From a virus (Duplodnaviria > Caudoviricetes): 31,155 nt of DNA. Below are positions 24,401 to 31,155 of this stretch, piece after piece. The stretch is taken from positions 1 through 31,155 of the IMG/VR virus record IMGVR_UViG_3300037313_000559; one strand, written 5' to 3'. The notes below the pieces were generated by a model. It did no database searches, had not been told where the DNA came from, and was given only the letters and a program-made list of their open reading frames with translations. Numbering within the stretch: the stretch's first letter is position 1; every line of letters begins with the position of its first letter. The translations under genes were made by a program, and so were the position numbers.

Positions 24401-26486
24401 CGCCGCCCGCGCCGAAGTCTTTTCCGACCCAGTTGGGCCGGGAGCGAAAGAACAGACCGACCTTCTCACGCACGACTTGCGGATGGATGCCTTGCAGCAG
24501 ACCCGCACAGTCTTTCACGGCACCGATGCCGTTTTTGACGAGTTCGACGTAGGGCGCGGCGGTTCCAACCAGGAAGGCTTCGCCTATCCGATGGGCTTTT
24601 TCACAACGTCGCCGGCAGAGGCCGCCGTCTATGGCGCCAACGTTGGCACGTTCGAAAACCTGTCCGAAAACCCGATCGTCGTTCAGACCGATTATCCGCC
24701 CTTCCAGGAATGGGAGACGCAAAAGGTCCAGCTGCTGAAGCAGGCGCGGGACGAAGGCTTTGACAGCATCATTATCCAGGGGCCGGAAAGCAGCCTGCTG
24801 GTCGCGCTCGACAACGACAAAATCCGCCGCGCTCAGGCGCTGACCCTGGACCGTGTGATGGAGGGACAGCGCGGGGCATCGCTGGACGAGCTGATTGGCC
24901 GAGCGAACGAGAATCAGGCGCAGCTTGCTGCGATCGGCGACGACCTGGCCAGCGAGCATGGCATTGAGTTCAAAAACCCCGGCATCAAGGAAACCGGGCG
25001 CATCCGGTCCAAGATCGAGAACGAAGGTTATGCCGATGTCGACGAGCTGAAAGACCTGAGCCGCGGCGCCTTCATTATCGACACCCCAGAACAAGCCAAC
25101 GCGCTGGCCGCCCAGCTCGCCTCTCAATTTCAGACCTATGACAAGGGTTGGGTCGAGCTGGACAGCGGCTATTTCGACCGCAAGCTGATTGTCGCGTTCC
25201 CGAATGGAGGCGTTGGCGAAATCCAGATCGTCCCGCGCACCGTTTGGGATGCCAAAACGGGCGGCCTAAACGGCCTCTACAAGCGCCTTCGCGCCAGTAC
25301 CAATGCCTTAGAGATTGCCGACCTGATGGCCGACCAGCAGGCTGGCTATGCAGCCGCCTTGGAAGGAACGCCGTTCGCGGCCTTGCGCAGCTCGTCCAGG
25401 TCCGCGTCCGGGAACATCGACGTAAACTCCGCTTCGGTCAGTGACCGGCCGTCAGCCGACGCCTTGCCCAGCATCCCCGGCGCCGAACGCCAGATGCCCT
25501 TGGACCAGGCCCAGCCCGTTCCTTCGCCTGAAGTGGACCAGACGTTGGCGACTGGCCGCTCTTCGACTTCAAATAAATCAATGCTCAATGAGGGAACCTC
25601 CGAAGCTGATATAGGGCAAGAGGGCGGAATCGTCAACGAAACCGGCCCGCTGATCTCTCCGGCCGTCCGCGAAGAGCTGGTGACTGGGGCTCCCAACAGC
25701 GAGCTTGGAGCCCGCGTCGACCAGATAAATGCGGTTGCCGAGGACGATATCGAGCGCCTGCTGTTGGAGCCTGTCACCGACCGCGCCAGCAAGCTGCTGA
25801 CCGATGCTCTCACCGTGCGCCCGGACCTGGCCAGGTCCGACATTCTTCGCCGTGCCGCAGCGATCGCAGCCGCCGATGGGAGCGAAGCGATCGATCGTGT
25901 CCACATTGCCGAGTCACTGTCCTACGCTCCGGTCTTTGAAGGCCCGCGACCGGACATGGGGGAAGCGCCCCCGCGAGCCGCCTTCCCTGTCGCCAATCTC
26001 AACGCTCCCGATGCGGCAGCTGAGGCGCGTCGGATCGCTGTCGAGCTACAGCGCCGCGGCTGGCTGGACAGTGCTGGCGGCGGGCCCGATTACCGATGGG
26101 GCACATTACTCACCAACCGGGCAGGCGAGCGTCCCCCAAAGGGCTGGGCCGCACTCGAAATGGAAACGCCAGGCCGCCCGGTCTATTTCTTCAACCCGAA
26201 CGAGCTGCGCAAGGAAGCCGAAGCACTACCCCCGCTCGATCGCGGAGCCGAAGTGGACCCGGCGATTGCAGAGCGCCAGCGCCAGGAAGCCCAGCTGAAG
26301 GCCGAAGCGCCGATGCGCTCTGTGGCCGAGCAGGAAAGCACGATGGGGCTAGGACTGTTCGATGCGGTTGACCAGCCGACCTTCCGGCTAAGCGAGGAAG
26401 GCGATGCCCGTTCGATCGACGACATCCTGCGCGAAGCCGATGCAGACGAAGCAGCCGCCAAGAACGCAAAGGATTGTCTGAAATGA
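21489..26486 (+). CDS. Giant polyvalent internal virion protein (1665 aa): lysozyme/SLT-like, ParB-like, ART-like and RelA/SpoT-like domains
   Basis: TAATG-coupled start; AE...KNP.SSA.G.FQFIDSTW...LAHFLG (about 22765-23190); VVDGHQR (about 23280-23620); VFHGT...F.EF...FFT...A..YG...GFDSII (about 24505-24830); IK...RI..K, D..R, SGY.D, EIQ (about 24975-25240). Confidence 0.88.
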   Translation: MGVIPQTENTEGVGAGFGAIQEPIDRTGFFQNIGAGYRAAQAGPGTTRSRQNAYEVDLYNQVIDALTAEGEMGDDYLEVRPGGIGYTGPKDIPVNAYGVGRVPIKRKFRNPYTAQPSLSQNDNPLARLYLGGDTVEKQAIWAAVQRVRRRKPDFLKDLPDETALATRAVTARNRERASAEEVMARANTAGTVGGFIGGVTGSILAGDPENFVGFGISSAPAKTVARTIIKRGVTEGAVNAGVGVVALPGQVADADRLGDEMTAGDMVRSVAEQGAVGLVLGTAAASAGPLAGKAKKVGGKLVEGTVDLATKLPGTRDLVMARALATGTVKERDMLAEYRRLHNPYSISDTSTPDERAAMNVLEREVEVREASPLHPDADPEHENRLGAVADALGVKLAPAPLPSTAPVQQPTIRDRSDGPSPRRVASFAEAVHQAEGTGKNPDSSATGHFQFIDSTWLDYAPRVTDTKGMSRSKILGLRQNRSIAEAAERLFRADNARYLRARGVEDSPGNLSLAHFLGATDAAKTLRAAPDTPIERIIDPKSYRANKKVLEGKSASEVVAWAHKRIGASIDAQPARADAVPDYDIDEIDYASVRPYERRIVRPDEIETDAALMQYKSGGDEAGVTDKLKDVTSWNPTLSSEIMLWEGADGRLIVVDGHQRTGLAKRLYAEDPTIELPAIVFREADGITAAQARVLGAMRNINLGTGSLLDNARVLRDAPQGAAMLRGAENRREIEGLAGLSYEAFGAAINDVIDPRIAAEIGRHAGHAPETHMALVDLLVKSRVSNPREAATIVRQAQADGFGTPQEEQLGMFGDTPAQSLYVPIARILDAASKRLRDERRTFKTLSEKAGRIEDAGNVLDRTANQGKVISSDEALAILNATAHSSGPVRDALIAAARTELSGSRRADAVKQFLDALSGIDLRAAARGLERDGPSGEPFGGAGSEAAAEASDADVPDGSQPSLLDRALDTAARAEVFSDPVGPGAKEQTDLLTHDLRMDALQQTRTVFHGTDAVFDEFDVGRGGSNQEGFAYPMGFFTTSPAEAAVYGANVGTFENLSENPIVVQTDYPPFQEWETQKVQLLKQARDEGFDSIIIQGPESSLLVALDNDKIRRAQALTLDRVMEGQRGASLDELIGRANENQAQLAAIGDDLASEHGIEFKNPGIKETGRIRSKIENEGYADVDELKDLSRGAFIIDTPEQANALAAQLASQFQTYDKGWVELDSGYFDRKLIVAFPNGGVGEIQIVPRTVWDAKTGGLNGLYKRLRASTNALEIADLMADQQAGYAAALEGTPFAALRSSSRSASGNIDVNSASVSDRPSADALPSIPGAERQMPLDQAQPVPSPEVDQTLATGRSSTSNKSMLNEGTSEADIGQEGGIVNETGPLISPAVREELVTGAPNSELGARVDQINAVAEDDIERLLLEPVTDRASKLLTDALTVRPDLARSDILRRAAAIAAADGSEAIDRVHIAESLSYAPVFEGPRPDMGEAPPRAAFPVANLNAPDAAAEARRIAVELQRRGWLDSAGGGPDYRWGTLLTNRAGERPPKGWAALEMETPGRPVYFFNPNELRKEAEALPPLDRGAEVDPAIAERQRQEAQLKAEAPMRSVAEQESTMGLGLFDAVDQPTFRLSEEGDARSIDDILREADADEAAAKNAKDCLK
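24214..24396 (+). CDS. Possible overprinted +1-frame ORF inside the giant gene (start uncertain: 24214 or 24286)
   Basis: YELPPEDWNEMVHLANHLAEREARLPLRRRMRTFLTEANQASLIEP; codon bias shifts to this frame. Confidence 0.4.
   Translation: MPSSNSSTLSPGSTYELPPEDWNEMVHLANHLAEREARLPLRRRMRTFLTEANQASLIEP
25346..25588 (-). CDS. Nested antisense gene (80 aa), candidate immunity protein for the RelA/SpoT-like domain
   Basis: TTG start at 25588 with GGAGG 8 nt upstream; protein MSIDLFEVEERPVANVW...GWAWSKGIW...KASADGRSLTEAEFTSMFPDADLDEL; has its own promoter. Confidence 0.7.
   Translation of the reverse strand: MSIDLFEVEERPVANVWSTSGEGTGWAWSKGIWRSAPGMLGKASADGRSLTEAEFTSMFPDADLDELRKAANGVPSKAAA
25597..25636 (-). 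promoter_or_regulatory. Sigma70-type promoter and SD for the nested antisense gene
   Basis: Minus strand TTGACG (25636-25631), 17 nt, TATATC (25613-25608), GGAGG (25601-25597). Confidence 0.7.
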
Positions 26487-28966
26487 GCCTCCGCCGCTGC
26501 ATTCCTGAAATGCTGGGCGATGGCCGGCTCACCCGCGACCAGGCCGAGCGGCTGGGCAGCCTGTACGACGAGCTGGAAGCGGACTTCTCGACTAAGTTTG
26601 GCAGGCAGGCAGCCGAGGCGATGGCTTCGGAAGAGGCAACCAGGCGCTTCGAAGCCGACTCATTGCATCGCAAACGGCAAGCCGTGCTTCAGGTCAAAGC
26701 CCAGCAGCAAATCGCTGCGGACGTTCGCTCGTTCAAGGGCGATAGTGCAGGCGCGGCCGCCACGGCCCTATTCACCGGGGACAGCCGGGCGCCCTACGCC
26801 AATGTCGAGCGCATTGCGGACATGATCGAGGGTCAGGCCCATGCCATGATGAATGGCCTACTTGCCCGCTTCAGCCGCAACATGATTGGCCAAGTCCGGG
26901 ATCGCGCCACGCTGCGCAATGTCGTTCGGGAAGCCTTCGGTGAAAACACCGGGGATGCCGTGGCGCGGGAGCTGGCGAAAGCATGGGGCGAAACCGCTGA
27001 AATGCTGAGGCTCCGCTTCAACTCGGCGGGCGGCGCAATCGGCAAACTGGAGAATTGGGGGCTTCCCCAGGTCCACAACTGGCTCAGCGTCCGTTCCGCC
27101 ACTTTCGAGGAATGGCGGGACTTCATCGGGCCGCTGCTCGATCGGCAGAAAATGCGGGACATTTCCGGCGATCCCTTGACGCCGCAACAGATGGAGATTG
27201 CCCTCCGCAATGCCTATGAGACAATTTCGTCGGAAGGCTGGAACACGCGCCAGGCCGGGCAATTCGCCGGGTCGAAAGTCGCCAACCGGCACGGCGATCA
27301 TCGCTTCCTGATCTTCAAGGATGCCGACGCCTGGATGACCTATTCGCAGCGGTTCGGCCGGCCTTTGTCCGCCACAGCTGAAGCGCTCGATCCAGACGGC
27401 CCGATCTTTGACGCGATGCTCAGCCATATCCGTGGCCTCAGCCGGGAAATCGCCATGCTGGAGCGGTTCGGCCCGAACCCAGCCGCAACACTCCGATGGC
27501 TGACAGACGGGCTGGAGCAGGAAGCCAAGCTGCCGAAGCATCAGGGCGGGGCGCGCTCGAAAGAGAACCGCCGTGCCAAGGTCCGGCTCGAAGCGCTGTA
27601 CGACGAGGCATCAGGCCGCAACCGGGAAACCGCAGATGGCACTCTGGCTAATGTCGGCTCGGCCGTCCGCTCTTTCCAGGTTGCGGCGAAGTTGGGCTCA
27701 GCTGTCGTTTCGGCGATTTCCGATGTCGGTTTCCAGCACGTCACCGCCAAGTTCAACGGGCTGTCGTCCGCCCGGATCGTCGCCAATTACGGACGCATGT
27801 TCAAAAGCCAGTCGTCGGCGGATCGGCAGTTGGCGGCTCGCTTGTGGATGGTCAACGAGAACGCCACTCGGATGGCGGCAGCCCAGTCCCGCTTCACTGG
27901 CGAAGTCGTCACTGGCGAAATGATGTCCCGGATGTCGGATACCGTCATGCGGGCCTCTGGGCTCAACGCTTGGACCCAGGCCGGGCGCTGGGCATTTGGC
28001 ATGGAGTTTTGGTCGCACATCACCAGCCAGTCGACGAAGAATTGGGACAACATCGACAAGCCTTTCCGCAAGCAGCTGGAGCGCTACGGCTTCAACGAAG
28101 CGGACTGGAATCAGATCAGGTCGACCGAGCTGGAGGAAACCGATGCCGGCACTTGGCTGTTGCCGGACAATATCCAGAACAAGCAGCTGGCCGAACGGCT
28201 AGCCATGATGATCGCGACCGAAACCGACTATGCGGTCCCGACTGCCAGCCTCAGGGTTTCGGCGGCAATCAATTCGACCCTGAAGCGGGGAACGGCCATC
28301 GGCGAGATCGGCCGCTCGATGTATCAGTTCAAGTCGTTCCCGGTGACCGTCATGTGGATGCATGGCCGCCGCATGATCGAGGCGGGAGCCTATGACGGGC
28401 TGAAGTACGCAGCCCGCCTGGCCATCACAACGACGCTGCTGGGCGCAGTGGCGATGCAGCTCCGGAATCTGATCAACGGCAAAGACCCGCACGAGATGAC
28501 CGGGGAAAATTGGGATGAGTTTTGGCTGAAGGCTTTCGCGCAAGGCGGCGGCGGCGGGGTCTTGGGCGATTTCATTGGCCAGACCCAGAACCGCTTCGAT
28601 CAAAAATTCGCCGAATGGGCCGCTGGTCCGTCATTCGCCAGCGCTCAGGACATTTGGAACCTGGCGCGAGCAACGATGGACCGACTGTCGCCTGAGCCAG
28701 GCAAAGAGCTTCAGGCCCAGAGCAAGCAGGCCAAAACGCTCCGCCGCTTCCTCCAGGGCAACACTCCGGGATCTTCGCTGTGGTACATCAAGCTGGCGTT
28801 CCAGCGTGAAGTTCTCGACCAGCTGCAAGAGGAAATGGACCCGGATTATTGGGAAAGCTTCGACCGACTGGAGAAGCGGGCAGCAGAGGAAAATCAGTCC
28901 TATTATTGGCGCCCCGGCGAGCAGCAGCCAGAACGAGCCCCCGATTTTACTGCCGCAGTCCCCTGA
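26483..28966 (+). CDS. Internal virion/ejection protein (827 aa, gp16-like helical part)
   Basis: ATGA-coupled; R.RFN.AGG.IGKL..W.LPQ.H, HR.L.FKDA..W..Y...FG, GE..RS..QFKSFP, GGG.G..GD. Confidence 0.85.
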   Translation: MSLRRCIPEMLGDGRLTRDQAERLGSLYDELEADFSTKFGRQAAEAMASEEATRRFEADSLHRKRQAVLQVKAQQQIAADVRSFKGDSAGAAATALFTGDSRAPYANVERIADMIEGQAHAMMNGLLARFSRNMIGQVRDRATLRNVVREAFGENTGDAVARELAKAWGETAEMLRLRFNSAGGAIGKLENWGLPQVHNWLSVRSATFEEWRDFIGPLLDRQKMRDISGDPLTPQQMEIALRNAYETISSEGWNTRQAGQFAGSKVANRHGDHRFLIFKDADAWMTYSQRFGRPLSATAEALDPDGPIFDAMLSHIRGLSREIAMLERFGPNPAATLRWLTDGLEQEAKLPKHQGGARSKENRRAKVRLEALYDEASGRNRETADGTLANVGSAVRSFQVAAKLGSAVVSAISDVGFQHVTAKFNGLSSARIVANYGRMFKSQSSADRQLAARLWMVNENATRMAAAQSRFTGEVVTGEMMSRMSDTVMRASGLNAWTQAGRWAFGMEFWSHITSQSTKNWDNIDKPFRKQLERYGFNEADWNQIRSTELEETDAGTWLLPDNIQNKQLAERLAMMIATETDYAVPTASLRVSAAINSTLKRGTAIGEIGRSMYQFKSFPVTVMWMHGRRMIEAGAYDGLKYAARLAITTTLLGAVAMQLRNLINGKDPHEMTGENWDEFWLKAFAQGGGGGVLGDFIGQTQNRFDQKFAEWAAGPSFASAQDIWNLARATMDRLSPEPGKELQAQSKQAKTLRRFLQGNTPGSSLWYIKLAFQREVLDQLQEEMDPDYWESFDRLEKRAAEENQSYYWRPGEQQPERAPDFTAAVP

Positions 28967-29243
28967 GGTACATGCCGCACCCCGCTGCGTTGCCAATGCC
29001 GTCCCATGACCGGACTATCCCGGCGTCGGTCACCAGCTTGAATGAGCAGCTGGGGCCGGTCGGATGGTCGGTTCCGTAATAGTAGATGGTCCGGCCAGCG
29101 ATCACTTCCTGGCGATCGGGATAGCCGAGCCGTTTGAAGGCGACATCGATCGGCTGGCCAATCAATTGACCCATGCCCTGGCTGAAGTCGCCCGTAGTGG
29201 CGCAACCGCAGAGAAACAGGACGCTGAATAGGAGCCCGCGCAT
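28947..29243 (-). CDS. Small lipoprotein moron (98 aa), candidate superinfection-exclusion protein
   Basis: Signal peptide MRGLLFSVLFLCG-C with a lipobox-like motif; G.PID....LGYPD...IYYY SmpA/OmlA-like pattern; two further Cys; opposite strand. Confidence 0.75.
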   Translation of the reverse strand: MRGLLFSVLFLCGCATTGDFSQGMGQLIGQPIDVAFKRLGYPDRQEVIAGRTIYYYGTDHPTGPSCSFKLVTDAGIVRSWDGIGNAAGCGMYLRGLRQ

Positions 29244-29259
29244 CGTCAGTTAAGATGGC

Positions 29260-29298
29260 GCGATTCAAGGCCCGCGGCAAGCGCCTTAGCCATGGCGC
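29260..29298 (+). promoter_or_regulatory. Putative late promoter, copy 9 (tailspike, leaderless)
   Basis: GCGATTCAA at 29260-29268; TAGCCA at 29287-92; ATG 29299 is 38 nt after C29261. Confidence 0.75.
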
Positions 29299-31155
29299 AT
29301 GACCGTAGCCGCCAGCCCCGCCTATTCCGGGCCGTATGTCCCGAACGGCGTTCAGACCGCCTTCCCGTTCACGTTCTCGACTCTGACTGCCGAAGAGCTG
29401 GACGTGCAGATTGACGGCGTGTCGATCCTGTCCGGGCTCTACACTGTCACACTCAATCCCAACCAGCTGACCAATCCGGGCGGCACGGTCACCTTCACAA
29501 CCGCGCCTACTGGCTCCGACTTGCTGATCCTGTCAGACCCGGACTTCAGCCAGGAAATCAGTTTCGAGAATAGCGGGGCCTTCCTGCCTGAAACCCATAC
29601 CGAAGGGCTCGATCGCGGCGCGATCCGCGACCTTGCCTTGAAGCGTGAAGTCGACCGCGCTCTCAAAGTCCCGTTCGTGGCAGACCCGTACATCGGGATG
29701 TTCCCGACCATCATGCCGGACGGCTCGGTCAGCTGGTCATTCGGCCCCGGTGCCGATGCTGCCCTGAGAGTTGATCTGGCTGGGGCAAGCGGCCCTGCTT
29801 TTATCGGCCTGGGCGGCGGCAGCGATCTTGCGGACGTGATCCGGGTGAACGCGGCGGCCTATGGCTTCCGGCCGGGCCGATCGGCAGCTCAGAATGCGTC
29901 GGCGCTAACCGATGCCGTCACCGCCAATGGCGGCGGTACGCACCCCGTCATCATCGACGTGCCGCCAGCAACCTATGCGATGGACTATGTAGGTGTGTCC
30001 GTGCCGAATGTCTGGATAGACGCGCACGGCTCGACCTTCACCGAGGGCGCCCGCCTGGCGACATCGCCAGCGGCAACGGGGTTCAAGCTGAAGAATGCTC
30101 GCTTCTACGTCGACATGGCCTCGTCGATTCTGACCATCAACTCCAGCAAGAGCGGCATCCACAATGTCGACATGGAGAAGTTTGGGGCCGGTGACGGCTA
30201 TCACATGCAAACCGAGGCGGTGACCGATAACGTTTACACCGCCATTCGCCTCGCCGGCAGTAACGGCATTTTCATCGAAGGCGAGCGTCTGATCTTCGAC
30301 AACATCCATGCCATTGCCAGGACGAACGGTGGCGATGACTTCTTGGTCCTGAAGGCTCGAAACCGGCGCTGTGGCGATATCGTCATTGGCACCGTGTTTG
30401 GGCACGGCTTCAGCAACGGCCTGGCGATCGGTAGCGAGGTTGGAACGCTACAGGCAGCCTCTGCTGCTCGCGCTGGCCGCGTCGAGAACGTCAAGCTTGG
30501 GCTGATGACGCTGCGCGATTGTGTGTCCGGCCTCTACGTCAAGCCCGGCGCCGTTGATGCTGGCACGGCATATGATTGGCGCGACGGCTTGGTCCGGGGG
30601 GTCGATGCCAACATTAAGATGTTCGATGCCACGGGCAACAAGATGCGGCGGGCGGTGATCATCAGCCCGGCTCGCAATGCCCTAGTCGAGGACATCAAGG
30701 TTACACTCATGGGCGAGGGGCGCTTCGCCAATTCCGCTGAAATCGAATGCTGGGCGAACGTCTATCTACCCGACAGCACTACGTTCGTCGGCCCTGGTCC
30801 TGGCGCCACGATCCGCGATGTCGACTTGGATATCACTGGAATCGACCCATACGCTGGAGTCGACAATGGGGTTGGCAGCGCGCCGGGCGAGCCCGCCGTC
30901 TATGGCGTGGTGATCGAGAAACAGACCAGCGGCGTCGGCACCATGCAGCGCATCCGAGTCAAAGCTAAGATTGATGGCACGAAGTCCGCAGGCCTGTACG
31001 TTGGTCCGGACCTGGATAACGTGGTCACTGTCGAGCAATTCGTTGGCCGCAATCTCGTGGTCAACCCGGCTTCGACCAATGGCGGCTGGACTATCCAGAG
31101 TATCGTTTCCGCTCCAGGCAACAACGAAATCTCTGTGGCGAATGCTGCCTATCGG
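29299..31155 (+). CDS. Tailspike/tail fibre, 3'-truncated: T7 gp17-like N-terminal adaptor plus GH28-like beta-helix
   Basis: Frame open for 619 codons to the window end (absent from the ORF track); PNGVQTAFPFTF, E.GLDR; GGDDFLVLK, GHG..NGLAIGSE, GLYVKP. Confidence 0.88.
   Translation, partial: MTVAASPAYSGPYVPNGVQTAFPFTFSTLTAEELDVQIDGVSILSGLYTVTLNPNQLTNPGGTVTFTTAPTGSDLLILSDPDFSQEISFENSGAFLPETHTEGLDRGAIRDLALKREVDRALKVPFVADPYIGMFPTIMPDGSVSWSFGPGADAALRVDLAGASGPAFIGLGGGSDLADVIRVNAAAYGFRPGRSAAQNASALTDAVTANGGGTHPVIIDVPPATYAMDYVGVSVPNVWIDAHGSTFTEGARLATSPAATGFKLKNARFYVDMASSILTINSSKSGIHNVDMEKFGAGDGYHMQTEAVTDNVYTAIRLAGSNGIFIEGERLIFDNIHAIARTNGGDDFLVLKARNRRCGDIVIGTVFGHGFSNGLAIGSEVGTLQAASAARAGRVENVKLGLMTLRDCVSGLYVKPGAVDAGTAYDWRDGLVRGVDANIKMFDATGNKMRRAVIISPARNALVEDIKVTLMGEGRFANSAEIECWANVYLPDSTTFVGPGPGATIRDVDLDITGIDPYAGVDNGVGSAPGEPAVYGVVIEKQTSGVGTMQRIRVKAKIDGTKSAGLYVGPDLDNVVTVEQFVGRNLVVNPASTNGGWTIQSIVSAPGNNEISVANAAYR

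Larger units (their letters stand above)
1..31155 (+). mobile_element. Podovirus-type (BPP-1/T7-like morphogenesis) phage or prophage late region, both ends outside the window
   Basis: Co-oriented terS-terL-portal-scaffold-capsid-tail tube-internal virion proteins-tailspike genes with TGATG/ATGA coupling; no tape measure or sheath gene; no host genes or att sites seen. Confidence 0.95.

Noticed and set aside
23265-25127. Long minus-strand ORFs 23265..24227, 23954..24508 and 24393..25127, and similar ones opposite portal, scaffold and capsid
   Set aside because: Typical antisense shadows of GC-rich genes: no SD or promoter, and the + frame carries the conserved motifs
25589-25906. Upstream 106 codons of track ORF 25346..25906 (-)
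   Set aside because: Shadow-like Ser/Arg/Ala text; the promoter and SD point to TTG 25588 as the real start
8346-26482. ORF-track starts at 8346, 9056, 16569, 21384 and 26474
   Set aside because: They overlap upstream genes; SD or stop-start coupling supports 8457, 9383, 16611, 21489 and 26483
1-31155. Diversity-generating retroelement, expected from the BPP-1-like head genes
   Set aside because: No reverse transcriptase and no TR/VR repeat pair seen; the tailspike C-terminus is outside the window

Overview
The whole window is the late (packaging and morphogenesis) region of a GC-rich podovirus-type phage or prophage with BPP-1/T7-like gene order. The host is probably an alphaproteobacterium (inferred, not provable from this window). 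Order on the + strand: small early/late ORFs, terS, an inserted serine recombinase, terL, small ORFs, portal, scaffold, major capsid, cement protein, a fibre-like accessory block, tail adaptor, a nozzle split into two genes, a GNAT-like protein, four internal virion (ejection) proteins, and a tailspike that runs off the end. Main unexplained structure: (1) a 1665-aa multi-enzyme ejection protein (lysozyme-like, ParB-like, ADP-ribosyltransferase-like and RelA/SpoT-like domains) that hides an antisense 80-aa gene with its own sigma70 promoter and RBS directly after the RelA/SpoT-like domain, plus a probable +1-frame overprinted ORF just before the ART domain, which together suggest an injected-toxin/nested-immunity system; (2) nine copies of a CGATTCA(A) promoter motif with a GANTC core, six of them exactly 38 nt before an ATG, implying leaderless late mRNAs; (3) a two-hairpin RNA with identical UACGCCCC loops; (4) four proteins that begin Met-Cys and end Gly-Gly. 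All family calls come from motif recognition by eye; no database searches were run.
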